Shown here: one piece after another, positions 63,991-64,000 of the stretch
Numbering within the stretch: position 1 is the first letter of the stretch
How the letters are laid out: each line of letters opens with the position of its first letter
NCBI RefSeq assembly: GCF_009834535.1
Contig: NC_045697.1
Span: 55,368,001 to 55,432,000, forward strand
Source: Camelus ferus
Lineage: Eukaryota
Length of the DNA: 64,000 nt
Direction: 5' to 3'
Notes under the pieces: generated by a model
What the model saw: the letters and a program-made list of their open reading frames with translations, nothing else
Database searches by the model: none
What the model was told of the DNA's origin: nothing
Made by a program: the position numbers and the translations under genes

Positions 63991-64000
63991 AACATGTATA

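Overview
AT-rich, CpG-depleted mammalian genomic DNA. It is very probably camelid (camel, alpaca or llama), because it carries two vic-1-type tRNA-derived SINEs and camelid-type L1 3' ends. I found no convincing protein-coding exon, RNA gene or CRISPR array. The ORF track consists of chance ORFs and decayed LINE-1 ORF2 fragments. The window is a layered record of transposable elements: ancient L2, MIR, MaLR (MLT1) and hAT/Tigger elements, old L1M and HAL1, ERV1/ERVL solo LTRs, and younger lineage-specific L1s and SINEs, several with readable target-site duplications (TSDs). The main structural points are: (1) a three-layer LTR nest at 47.0-48.4 kb; (2) a four-element MIR/L2/MER45/L1 nest at 49.2-51.8 kb; (3) a twin-primed, 5'-inverted L1 at 8.5-9.0 kb; (4) a strong minus-strand bias of L1 and ERV LTR insertions, suggesting an intron of a plus-strand transcription unit; (5) two patches of retained CpG with splice-site signals (39.4-39.7 kb and 51.6-52.6 kb) that may be unannotated non-coding exons or a promoter. 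Repeat family names come from remembered consensus motifs, not a database search, and boundaries of old elements are approximate. I see no evidence for a novel biological system.
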